A stretch of DNA of 64,000 nucleotides from Deltaproteobacteria bacterium. GTDB lineage: Bacteria > Desulfobacterota > Syntrophia > Syntrophales > Smithellaceae. The translations under genes and the position numbers were made by a program. The stretch lies in the NCBI GenBank assembly GCA_026388535.1, contig JAPLJP010000089.1, forward strand, positions 3,865 through 67,864, given 5' to 3'. The notes beneath the pieces were generated by a model. It worked only from the letters and a program-made list of their open reading frames with translations. It searched no databases and was not told where the DNA came from. Positions 28,653 to 37,290 of this stretch are shown here, one piece after another. The stretch's first letter is position 1. The number at the start of each line of letters is the position of its first letter.

Positions 28653-28704
28653 TTTCACAGTTACTTTTATATTTTCATTTTTTGAAGCGTTGAATTTTGA
28701 ACTT

Positions 28705-29889
28705 ATGAAGCTAAAAATATCCGTCCTCATTCTCTGTTCACTTTTTTTAATCACCTTTACTGAAAGGGCCGCGAAAGCAGAGGAAAATCAAGCCAGCCAG
28801 TTTCATTCTTACCTACGGCAGGGAATTGACAAGGCTTTTAATCTGGAACCTGCCGGCGCCGACGCCTTTATAAAAAAGGCGGTGGAAATTGAACCGGAAA
28901 ACCCCGCCGGATACGCTTTCATGGCTATGCTCCATTTGTTTTTCTATGAAACGAGCTTTGAGCAGAAGGATAGAGACGCGAATCAGGAAGCCTTGCTTCG
29001 CTATGTCAAAGAAACGATCGCCAGGGGAGAAAAAAAAATTAAGAATAATCCTCAGGACAGTAATGCTTACTTTGCCATGGCGCTGGCGAAAATCGCCAAA
29101 ATTCAGTGGGCTATTCATCAAAAACGTTATTTCATTATAGCGCAGGAGACATCTAATATCTGGGATTATCTGGAAAAAGCGAAGGGAGAAAACGGAAATC
29201 CAAAAAAATATGATACTTATTTCCTCACGGGCATTCTTCATTACCATCTCACCCAGCTCTCCGGCTTTATCCGCTTCTTGTCTTCGACCTTTATTACTTC
29301 CGGCAACAGTCAAAAAGGACTTCAGGAATTGGAACTGGCGGCACAAAAAGGAGACCTGTTGAAAGAACTGGCGCAAGCCGAACTTTCTTCGGCTTATTTA
29401 AATTTTGAAAAACAACCGGCAAAAGCCCTCCCTCTTGTCCAGGATTTAAACAAAAGATTTCCCAACAATTATAATTTTTCGTTCGTTCTGGGAAATACCC
29501 TTGCCGACCTTCATCAATTCGAAGAATCTTCTGGTATCGCCCGGGATATTGAGAAAAATATTCAGGCAGGAACTTCCTCTTTTGTTCCCCAGCTCCAACC
29601 CCGTTATAATCAATTAATGGGAAGAATCCTTTTCAATAAGGGCGAATATGACCGTTCTAATGAATATTTTCAAAATATCCTGAAAGATACATCGTTTTAT
29701 AATGCCCGGACTCGAGTATGGGCTTTTGTGCGTTTAGGAATGATCCACGACATTCGCAAAGAAAGAAAACAGGCCGAAGAGTTTTATTTAAAGGCATTGG
29801 AAGTGGAAGGCGGAGAAGGCGCCGCCAGAATAGAAGCGAAGCAATATCTGAAAATTCCCTACGCGCCCGCTCAAACAAAATCTCCATAA
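28705..29889 (+). CDS. Secreted TPR-repeat protein
   Basis: Start set at ATG 28705 (MKLKISVLILCSLFLITF, a signal peptide). Several TPR-like helices are present (NAYFAMALAKI, RVWAFVRLGMIHDIRKERKQAEEFYLKALE). Confidence 0.6.
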   Translation: MKLKISVLILCSLFLITFTERAAKAEENQASQFHSYLRQGIDKAFNLEPAGADAFIKKAVEIEPENPAGYAFMAMLHLFFYETSFEQKDRDANQEALLRYVKETIARGEKKIKNNPQDSNAYFAMALAKIAKIQWAIHQKRYFIIAQETSNIWDYLEKAKGENGNPKKYDTYFLTGILHYHLTQLSGFIRFLSSTFITSGNSQKGLQELELAAQKGDLLKELAQAELSSAYLNFEKQPAKALPLVQDLNKRFPNNYNFSFVLGNTLADLHQFEESSGIARDIEKNIQAGTSSFVPQLQPRYNQLMGRILFNKGEYDRSNEYFQNILKDTSFYNARTRVWAFVRLGMIHDIRKERKQAEEFYLKALEVEGGEGAARIEAKQYLKIPYAPAQTKSP

Positions 29890-29937
29890 TTTGGTGAAAA
29901 CCGGCGAGGTGATTCACTTTCTTCGGACAAGATTTCC

Positions 29938-29966
29938 TTGACATACAAAACCGAGTTTCTTATATT
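29938..29966 (+). promoter_or_regulatory. Consensus sigma70-type promoter giving a leaderless transcript
   Basis: TTGACA (29938-43), a 17-nt spacer, TATATT (29961-66), 6 nt, then the ATG at 29973. There is no room for a Shine-Dalgarno sequence. Confidence 0.55.
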
Positions 29967-29972
29967 TAAGCC

Positions 29973-30830
29973 ATGAAAATCAATCAGTCAGATCCGATAA
30001 GTAAAACACCCGCCAAAGATTGCGCAGAGACAGTGACTTCAAGTGACGCTACGATCCTCGATGTATCCGGCATGATTTCCGCAGCTACGGGAAAACCGCG
30101 AAAGGCCGCTAAACAAAGCAGACTCTGTTTAGAGCTAGTTGCATTTCGCTCTCTTTTCGAAAAATTGGCTTGTGTTAATCAGGAAGATTTCACGTGGACA
30201 TGGGACCACGAAACCTATACATTTCTTATTCAGGCACAAAACAATGTGATTCAACAATACGTCAACATTCTGACGCATGAATTGGGAGAAGCTCTTTGTC
30301 TGCATTTGAAGCGCGCCACAATTATAGTTGATCTGAGACCATGGAAAACAAATCCAAACAAGACGAGCCTGAGAATTGGATTCGAGGGAAGCCATATTCC
30401 TGCTGAACTTCAAGGACATACCGGACTGGAGGGTCTTATAAAGCTTCATTTTATTTCACGCGAGGGTGATTCTCTTAAAATTAAAAAGGCGCTGAATGAT
30501 TTCAAGCGCATGTGCGCCAGGATTGACTCATTATTAGAAAGAAAGAGCGAGTGGATGTGGGAAAGACACTGGAGACCGGATGGATTGGCTTTCGCTGTCG
30601 TGCGCGCATATACATGGTTCAACAAATATGTTCTCGTAGAAAAAGAAATTGAACTTTTTAATAATTCTCCGGCAATCCAGGAAGCCGGTTTGCGAATCGA
30701 ACTTTCCACATACAATCGCGGAACTTCTTTCAATGTGCGGATAGCTCTGGATGGTTTACCGAACAATCTGCGGACAGGCACCAATATTCTGGACGTATTT
30801 GACACTCATTTCTCCGGCTTAATAAGCTAA
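29973..30830 (+). CDS. Hypothetical protein (no recognisable family)
   Basis: A 285-aa ORF filling the gap between the TPR gene and the MFS gene. The protein looks soluble and is Trp-rich (WTWDHETY, WMWERHWRPDG). I recognised no motif. Confidence 0.5.
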   Translation: MKINQSDPISKTPAKDCAETVTSSDATILDVSGMISAATGKPRKAAKQSRLCLELVAFRSLFEKLACVNQEDFTWTWDHETYTFLIQAQNNVIQQYVNILTHELGEALCLHLKRATIIVDLRPWKTNPNKTSLRIGFEGSHIPAELQGHTGLEGLIKLHFISREGDSLKIKKALNDFKRMCARIDSLLERKSEWMWERHWRPDGLAFAVVRAYTWFNKYVLVEKEIELFNNSPAIQEAGLRIELSTYNRGTSFNVRIALDGLPNNLRTGTNILDVFDTHFSGLIS

Positions 30831-30845
30831 GCCAATTTCCATTTT

Positions 30846-32060
30846 ATGAAAAAATATGTAATCCTTATACTATCCGTGTTGATTCAAATCTGCCTGGGAA
30901 TTGGTTATTCCTGGAGTACTTTTGTTCCCGCGTTAAAACAGGACTTCGGACTTACCATTACCCAGACACAGACTATTTTCGGTACCGGCTCGCTTATAGT
31001 CACGCTGTGTATTTTTGCCGGAGGCCGCATTCAGGATCGTCTGGGGCCACGAATTCCTGTTTTGGTCGGCGGCATTATCTTCAGCAGCAGTTATATATTG
31101 GCCGGATATTCCAGCGGATCATATCATGCCCTGCTTTTCCTTATCGGCTTTTGCGCCGCCATCGGCGTGGGAATATCTTATATCTGCCCCATCGTCTGTG
31201 CGGTCAAATGGTTTCCCCGGCATAAAAGTCTGGCCGCCGGCATTGTCGTTGCCGGATATGGTGGAAGCCCCATTATTGTCTCCCTGATCGGCGAATATCT
31301 GTTATCTCATCAAATGACTGTGCTGGATATTTTCAAATACATGGGATTAGTCTTTCTGATAATTGTCACTATCGCCGCCATGTTTTTACAAAACCCGCCT
31401 CAGGAAGAAGATTATAAACCCATTGCCGCTGATATTAAAACAACCGACCTTCTTAAAGACCGCAATTTCTGGGGTCTCTTGTGCGGCATGTTCCCCTGTC
31501 TTTGCATAGGATTAATGACTATCGGAAATATCAAACCATTCGGCCTCTCTTTAAATCTGAGTTTGATGGTTACCGGAACCGCTGTAAGCGCTCTGGCGTT
31601 TTTCAACGCTATCGGCAGAATCGGCTGGGGAATCATCGGCGGATTTTTGGAAGGAAAGAAAGCTATACTCCTATCGCTGATCAGCACCGCTATGGTCTGC
31701 CTTGCCGCGGCTTTCGCGGTTAAAGATGACCTGACTTTTTTTCTCTTTGTAGTGTTTGCCGGCATTAACTATGGCGCCTGCATGGTTCTTTATGCCGCCG
31801 AAATTGCCAACCATTACGGAACAGAAAAAATGGGAACAATATATTCCACCCTTTTCCTCTCCAACGGAGTTGCCGGTTTTTTGGCGCCGCCTCTGGCCGG
31901 AAGAATCTTTGACAATACCGGCTCCTACTCGCACGCCTTTCTGATTTTCGGTTCTCTGGCTTTCATTTCGATATTTCTATTTTACTTTATTTATCAACCG
32001 GCAAAATTGAATAATGAACAGAACCGAGACTCAGGCGGGTGTGATATGGAAAGAGAGTAG
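30846..32060 (+). CDS. MFS transporter (oxalate/formate antiporter-like)
   Basis: 12 predicted TM helices and an OFA-like N-terminus (IQICLGIGYSWSTFVPALKQDFGLT). Confidence 0.85.
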   Translation: MKKYVILILSVLIQICLGIGYSWSTFVPALKQDFGLTITQTQTIFGTGSLIVTLCIFAGGRIQDRLGPRIPVLVGGIIFSSSYILAGYSSGSYHALLFLIGFCAAIGVGISYICPIVCAVKWFPRHKSLAAGIVVAGYGGSPIIVSLIGEYLLSHQMTVLDIFKYMGLVFLIIVTIAAMFLQNPPQEEDYKPIAADIKTTDLLKDRNFWGLLCGMFPCLCIGLMTIGNIKPFGLSLNLSLMVTGTAVSALAFFNAIGRIGWGIIGGFLEGKKAILLSLISTAMVCLAAAFAVKDDLTFFLFVVFAGINYGACMVLYAAEIANHYGTEKMGTIYSTLFLSNGVAGFLAPPLAGRIFDNTGSYSHAFLIFGSLAFISIFLFYFIYQPAKLNNEQNRDSGGCDMERE

Positions 32061-32160
32061 CGAATTGGATATAACTTTTTAACAACTTATTTTTTAACTG
32101 TCATTTGATACTCAAATATATTATCATACGACCTCATTAAATAGCACAGGAGGTGTTATT

Positions 32161-32721
32161 ATGGCCAACCTAATCAGATGCAAAGCTTGTGGTTATGTAA
32201 CTAAAGAAGGCCGGATAAAAGATGTATGTCCGGCATGCGGAGTGCCGGCTAAAATGTTTGAGCCTTATACAGACCCTTTATCGGAAAAGAGACGCAAAAT
32301 TATTGATCTGCATACACATCCCATTATTGTGCATTTTCCCCAGGCTTTCTCCTTGACACTTTTTATCCTGGCAGTTTTATATTTTATTGCTCCATTTCAG
32401 ATTAAAGATGCTCTTTTTTACACTATGAAAGTTTTATCATTTTTTCTGCCTTTCTTCGTTGTTTTATCTTTTTTAACCGGACTACTTGATGGGAAAACAA
32501 GATTCAGAAAAGTCACGACACCATTTTTGAAAAAGAAAATTATAATCGGTTTTATTTTCTTTATCACATCCATCGCCCTTGCCGCCTTAGCCTTTACAAA
32601 ACAATTCCCTTCAACTCCGACGTTGGAATATTTCACCCTTCTGACAATAATTGCCGCGGGATGTACTGTTTTGTTGGGCTTTATCGGAGGCAGACTGGCG
32701 GAGGCAAAATTCCCCGGCTGA
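32161..32721 (+). CDS. Rubredoxin-type zinc-ribbon domain fused to a DUF2231-like membrane domain
   Basis: The N-terminus has CKACGYV...CPACGVP (two CxxC knuckles). The DLHTHPIIVHFPQAF motif follows, then about 4 TM helices. Confidence 0.6.
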   Translation: MANLIRCKACGYVTKEGRIKDVCPACGVPAKMFEPYTDPLSEKRRKIIDLHTHPIIVHFPQAFSLTLFILAVLYFIAPFQIKDALFYTMKVLSFFLPFFVVLSFLTGLLDGKTRFRKVTTPFLKKKIIIGFIFFITSIALAALAFTKQFPSTPTLEYFTLLTIIAAGCTVLLGFIGGRLAEAKFPG

Positions 32722-32894
32722 TTTTTCCTGATAATACCTGAGCGTTTGATTCTTAACAAGAAACAGCGCTTTGATCGGAAGCGCATTTCCTTTAGGAGAG
32801 CGCATAATAAATAGAACTTTACAGTGCCGAGAATTTTCGCCAACATGGCGGAAATTCCTATAGAATTGAAACTAAATTTTTAAGGAGGGTTACT

Positions 32895-33284
32895 ATGAAA
32901 AGAACATCCGTAATTTCAACATTAGTTTTTAGCGTGTTGTTATTTGTTTCAATGATTTTTTGTTTCTATCCTCAAGTTTCTTATGCCGACGCGCCGCAGG
33001 ATGTAACCATCGCATACGATTCCGGCGCGCAAACTTTGGCGGTAACAATTACGCACAAATCTGCATTACCCGGTTTTCATCACATTAAAACTGTTGAGAT
33101 CAAGAAAAATTCCGCCACGGTCAGCAAAAATAATTATGATTCACAACCCAAAGAAGTGCCTTTTGTCTATACCTATAAAGTGTCCGCCGTACCAGGGGAT
33201 AAACTGGAAGTCACGGCCACATGCAACATGTCCGGAAGTAAAACAGCTACCATGACAGTATCCAAGACAACGGAAAAATATTAA
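32895..33284 (+). CDS. Exported small beta-rich protein, possibly desulfoferrodoxin/SOR ferrous-iron-domain-like
   Basis: A signal peptide ends in SYADA. ITHKSALPGFHHIKTVEIK and TATCNMSGSK resemble the SOR HP..H.I.WIE and CNxHG segments, with Ser in place of the last His. This rests on motif-level resemblance only. Confidence 0.4.
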   Translation: MKRTSVISTLVFSVLLFVSMIFCFYPQVSYADAPQDVTIAYDSGAQTLAVTITHKSALPGFHHIKTVEIKKNSATVSKNNYDSQPKEVPFVYTYKVSAVPGDKLEVTATCNMSGSKTATMTVSKTTEKY

Positions 33285-33349
33285 TTTAAAATAATATTCG
33301 ACATGTCAACTTGGTGTTGCCGCGCTTTGATGGAGAATGGGATTAGCCC

Positions 33350-34687
33350 ATGCAGGAAAATAACTGGGACATATTAATCACAGGCGGAACGCTTTTGACT
33401 TTGTCAGCCGGAATGGAAATCATCGAAGATTCCTTCATCGGCATTAAAGAAGATGTTATTGTCGCGGTTGGCCAGAATAAAGACAGGGAAAGCGCCGCCT
33501 TTCAGGCCAAAGAAACGATAGACGCTTACGGCTGTATCGTCATGCCCGGATTGGTCAATACGCTTACGCATCTGCCGATGGTCTGTTTCCGTGGAATGGC
33601 CGATGATCTGCCGTTAATGAGATGGCTAAACGATTATATTTTCCCGGCGGAAGCACGCTTCGTCAATAAGAAAATGGTTTACGACGGAGCCACGCTCGCC
33701 ATGGCGGAAATGATTCTCTCCGGCACGACAACTTTTTGCGACGGCTATTTCTTTGAAGACGCCATCGCTCAAGCTCTCAGCACCGCCGGCATGAGGGCTG
33801 TTGTCTCGCAGGGGTTCGCTGATTTTATCATGCCGGACAAACCCGGCTTCGAAAAAGCTATGGCATCGGCTCAGCGTTTTGTGGCACGCTGGCAGTCTCA
33901 TACGCCGATGATTACACCGGCGTATTTCTGTCATTCACCATATACCTGTTCTCCGGCAACACTTGTCCGCGTAAAGGAAGACGCCCGTGAAGCTGGCATT
34001 TTATACCTGACGCATCTGCTCGAAAATAAAGACGAGACGAACACCATCTTGAATCGTTATGGCAAGAGACCTGTGCGGCATCTGCTGGAATTGGGAGTTC
34101 TGGACGAACAGACTGTCGCTGTTCACTGCAACTGGCTGAGCAAAGAAGATATTGCTGTTTTTGCCGATCTGGGAGTGAAGGTTTCGCATAACCCTGAAAG
34201 CTCGATGAAGCTGGCGGCGGGTATTGCCCCTGTTCCCGAAATGTTACAGAGCGGTATAATTGTAGGAATCGGAACTGACGGATGCGCCAGCAACAACGAT
34301 CTCGATATGTTTAGAGAAATGGACACAACAGCAAAGGTCCATAAAGTAACTTCTCTTGATCCCACAGTTATGAAAGCGGAAACAGTTTGTCAAATGGCTA
34401 CCGTCGGCGGAGCAAAAGTACTGGGGCTGGATAAATTGATTGGTTCTATCGAAACAGGAAAAAAAGCAGACATCATCTTAGTAGATATGAATCAACCGCA
34501 CCTTACCCCGCTTTATAACTGCTATTCTCAGCTTGTTTATGCCGCGCGCGGAGCGGACGTAAAAACCAGCATTATCAATGGCAGGGTTGTAATGAAAGAC
34601 CGGCAACTGCGTACAATTGATCTTCATGCCGCCATGAAAAATGTGCGCGCTGTTGCCGCCGATATAATTGCCCGCTGCGCGGGATAA
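33350..34687 (+). CDS. Amidohydrolase, MtaD-like (5-methylthioadenosine/S-adenosylhomocysteine deaminase family)
   Basis: Contains ILITGGTLLTL, VMPGLVNTLTHLPM, a later CHSP and HL.E, and GIGTDGCASNNDLDMF. The first His of the HxH motif is Leu. Confidence 0.8.
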   Translation: MQENNWDILITGGTLLTLSAGMEIIEDSFIGIKEDVIVAVGQNKDRESAAFQAKETIDAYGCIVMPGLVNTLTHLPMVCFRGMADDLPLMRWLNDYIFPAEARFVNKKMVYDGATLAMAEMILSGTTTFCDGYFFEDAIAQALSTAGMRAVVSQGFADFIMPDKPGFEKAMASAQRFVARWQSHTPMITPAYFCHSPYTCSPATLVRVKEDAREAGILYLTHLLENKDETNTILNRYGKRPVRHLLELGVLDEQTVAVHCNWLSKEDIAVFADLGVKVSHNPESSMKLAAGIAPVPEMLQSGIIVGIGTDGCASNNDLDMFREMDTTAKVHKVTSLDPTVMKAETVCQMATVGGAKVLGLDKLIGSIETGKKADIILVDMNQPHLTPLYNCYSQLVYAARGADVKTSIINGRVVMKDRQLRTIDLHAAMKNVRAVAADIIARCAG

Positions 34688-34802
34688 TTCGACCTGCAAG
34701 CTTCAGCGCACTCTGTTTCTGAAGCTTGGGTCTCATTACAACTTACCAATTCTGATGCGCCTATAGTGACCCCATGGTGACCTTTAGGTTATTTAGGTTA
34801 TT
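34681..34802. repeat. Intergenic repeat family, copy C (inverted and rearranged)
   Basis: The reverse complement contains ATAACCTAAAGGTCACCATGGGGTCAC, GCGCATCAGAATTGGTAAG, TAATGAGACCCAAGCTT and GGTCGAATTATCCC. These are the same blocks as in copies A and B, in a different order. Confidence 0.6.
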
Positions 34803-34807
34803 CGCTT

Positions 34808-35920
34808 TCAGAATTGTGGTTTCACAAACAATTTTAAATACTTTCCATAACCTTCTTTTTCCAGATCCTCTTTAGGAATAAACCGCATCGCTGCCGAGTT
34901 CATGCAATAGCGCAAACCTGTCGGTGACGGGCCATCAGGAAATACGTGCCCTAAATGAGAATTAGATCCTTTGCTTTTGACTTCCGTACGGGATGTAAAA
35001 AGGCTTCGATCTTCTTTCTCAACGATATTTCCGGGCTCCAGCGGCTTGGTGTAGCTGGGCCAGCCGGTACCGGAATCGTATTTATCCAAAGAACTGAAGA
35101 GAGGTTCACCGGAAACAATATCCACGTAGATACCTTCTTTTTTGTTATTCCAATACTCATTATTAAATGGTTGCTCTGTTCCGCATTGTTGCGTTACTTC
35201 ATATTGAATCGGGGAAAGTCTTTTCTTCAGAGTCGCATCATCCGGTTTAGGTTTATTTGATTTTATCGGACATATGGGCGGAAGTCCTTTATCGTCTCCC
35301 CATAATTTCTTTACGGTTCGATCACGGCCAGACCCTAAACGGTAAGCATTATAACGCACCGGATTTTTGGCGTCATAGTTCTGATGATAATCTTCTGCGG
35401 GATAAAATTTAGTCAATTTAATCAAATTTGTGGCAATGGGTTTGCCGAGTTTGCCTGATTTTTCCAACGCCTGTTTCGATTTTTCGGCAATCTTCCTTTG
35501 TGCTTCATCTGAATAAAATATGGCGCTGCGATATTGAGGACCACGGTCGACAAACTGCCCGCCTCCATCCGTAGGATCAATATGGCGCCAGAAATAATTT
35601 AAAAGCTGTTCATAAGTGATTTTTTCCGGATCATAATAAACCTGTATCGCTTCAATGTAACCCATTTCAGAATATGATTCATAGGTAGGGTTTTCACCTT
35701 TCCCCCCTGTATAACCGGATACAACTTTTAATACACCAGGTAATTTTTCAAAATCCGATTTAACACACCAAAAGCACCCTCCGGCCAGTGTGGCAATATT
35801 TTCAGATATTATTTCATTTTTATTAGCCATCTTGTTTTCCCTTTCTGTTTGTCCTGTACTGCCGTTTTGACAACCAAATACAAAACTTAACATTATTATA
35901 TACATGAATATTTTTCTCAT
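34808..35920 (-). CDS. msrAB: Bifunctional peptide-methionine sulfoxide reductase MsrA/MsrB, exported lipoprotein
   Basis: Signal peptide with lipobox (SFVFGC). MsrA motif GGCFWC and MsrB motifs ([18 protein letters not shown]) are present. Confidence 0.9.
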   Translation of the reverse strand: MRKIFMYIIMLSFVFGCQNGSTGQTERENKMANKNEIISENIATLAGGCFWCVKSDFEKLPGVLKVVSGYTGGKGENPTYESYSEMGYIEAIQVYYDPEKITYEQLLNYFWRHIDPTDGGGQFVDRGPQYRSAIFYSDEAQRKIAEKSKQALEKSGKLGKPIATNLIKLTKFYPAEDYHQNYDAKNPVRYNAYRLGSGRDRTVKKLWGDDKGLPPICPIKSNKPKPDDATLKKRLSPIQYEVTQQCGTEQPFNNEYWNNKKEGIYVDIVSGEPLFSSLDKYDSGTGWPSYTKPLEPGNIVEKEDRSLFTSRTEVKSKGSNSHLGHVFPDGPSPTGLRYCMNSAAMRFIPKEDLEKEGYGKYLKLFVKPQF

Positions 35921-36058
35921 TATTTGCCTCTTTTCATAGTTATTATATAAATAGTAACTATGATCTGCTGATTGTCAAATAGGGCCAAAGATATATTATC
36001 GCTGACATCAATGATAAAAACAGCTATCCATCCTTTGGATATTTCGGATAAAATATCA

Positions 36059-36087
36059 TTGACACACAAATCAATATTCCCTATATT
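36059..36087 (+). promoter_or_regulatory. Consensus sigma70-type promoter
   Basis: TTGACA (36059-64), a 17-nt spacer, then TATATT (36082-87). The predicted start near 36094 leaves a leader of about 210 nt before the ATG at 36306. Confidence 0.55.
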
Positions 36088-36093
36088 CTCAAC

Positions 36094-36305
36094 GTTGCAG
36101 ACAAGGATTATTCAGTGGAGCCCCTCCGGCAGGAGCCGGAGGCTCCTTTCCAAAACGCGACATCCCGCGATTGGCAGAAAGCATTCAACCCCTAGCGGGA
36201 GCTGGGGGCTTTCTGCAGCGGGGTAAATTTATTCTGAAAATATGCTGACAAGTGACTTTCAAAACTGCCTTGAGATTCATGCCCATTACTTGAAAGGTTG
36301 ATTTT
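36094..36305 (+). promoter_or_regulatory. Structured 5' leader (candidate riboswitch or cis-regulatory RNA, unassigned class)
   Basis: Three GC-rich hairpins are visible. Hairpin 1 spans 36117-36146 with an AGGA loop. Hairpin 2 is CGCG-ACATCC-CGCG at 36156-36169. Hairpin 3 is a bipartite stem at 36174-36216 with a GGGA loop and an ATTCAA internal loop. In addition, CTTTCAA (36256-62) can pair with TTGAAAG (36290-96), which overlaps the SD. Confidence 0.4.
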
Positions 36306-37223
36306 ATGAATATTATTGTTTCCGGATCAATGGCCTATGACAGGATTATGGACTTCCCCGGACATTTTTCCGATCATATCTTGCCCGATAAAATTCACGT
36401 GCTCAACGTTTGTTTTCAGGTGAACGGCATGAAGGAAAAATACGGCGGCACGGCTGGAAATATCGCCTACGCGTTAAAGCTGATGGGCGAAAATCCTCTC
36501 ATCTGCGCCACTATCGGCCATGATTACCAAAAGTATTTCAAATGGCTTACGAAAAACGGAATATCAACGGAAGGCATCAAAATAATAGCTGACGAATTCA
36601 CAGCAGGTGCCTACATTACCACCGACCGCGCCGATAACCAGATTACAGGATTCAATCCCGGAGCAATGAAATATCAATCTACATTAGACTTCGATAAACT
36701 CGATCCTAAAAAAACCATCGTTATCGTTTCTCCCGGCAATTTCGAGGACATGGTTAATTACCCGCGCTCCTGCAAAGCCAAAGGAATAGACTATATTCTT
36801 GATCCCGGGCAGTCTCTACCCTTGTGGGATAAAAAAGACCTGATTCAATCCATAGAAGGATGCCGGATACTGATCGTTAATGATTACGAATTGAGCCTGA
36901 TCATCAGCAAAACAGGACTGGATAAAAAGACCTTGTTGGGAATGACCGAAACAATCATCACCACTCTGGGAGAGTTGGGTTCGCAAGTTTCCACACGCGA
37001 GCGCGAAATCGCCATTCCCGCTTTCAAAGTGAAGAAGGTGGTGGACCCTACAGGAGCCGGAGACTCCTACCGAGGCGGCCTGATAAGCGGTTTGGTTCAC
37101 GGAAAAGATATAGAACAGTGCGCGCGGATGGGAAGCATCTGCGCTTCTTTTGCTGTGGAGAGTTACGGAACTCAGGAATACAGCTTCACTGCCGAAGAAT
37201 TTAACGAGAGACTCAACGGATGA
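36306..37223 (+). CDS. PfkB-family carbohydrate/nucleoside kinase
   Basis: Contains GGTAGNIAYAL near the N-terminus and DPTGAGDSYRGG near the C-terminus. Confidence 0.8.
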   Translation: MNIIVSGSMAYDRIMDFPGHFSDHILPDKIHVLNVCFQVNGMKEKYGGTAGNIAYALKLMGENPLICATIGHDYQKYFKWLTKNGISTEGIKIIADEFTAGAYITTDRADNQITGFNPGAMKYQSTLDFDKLDPKKTIVIVSPGNFEDMVNYPRSCKAKGIDYILDPGQSLPLWDKKDLIQSIEGCRILIVNDYELSLIISKTGLDKKTLLGMTETIITTLGELGSQVSTREREIAIPAFKVKKVVDPTGAGDSYRGGLISGLVHGKDIEQCARMGSICASFAVESYGTQEYSFTAEEFNERLNG

Positions 37224-37290
37224 TGGAAATAACTGTCGTCATTTGGAATAACGATACCGTTTAGTATTTATCCAGGAGGAGAAGTATCTG

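Noticed and set aside
28540-28690. Expected TPP riboswitch upstream of thiM-thiE
   Set aside because: I searched both strands by eye for the conserved CTGAGA / ACCTGATCTGGATAATGCCAGCG core and found nothing similar. The region is simply AT-rich, so no riboswitch is called.
28813-29376. 187-aa minus-strand ORF
   Set aside because: It is antisense to the secreted TPR protein gene, with no motifs and no start context.
35972-36226. 84-aa plus-strand ORF in the msrAB / PfkB intergenic region
   Set aside because: It starts upstream of the predicted promoter and has no SD. Its 3' half is the GC-rich hairpin region, which is better explained as structured RNA.
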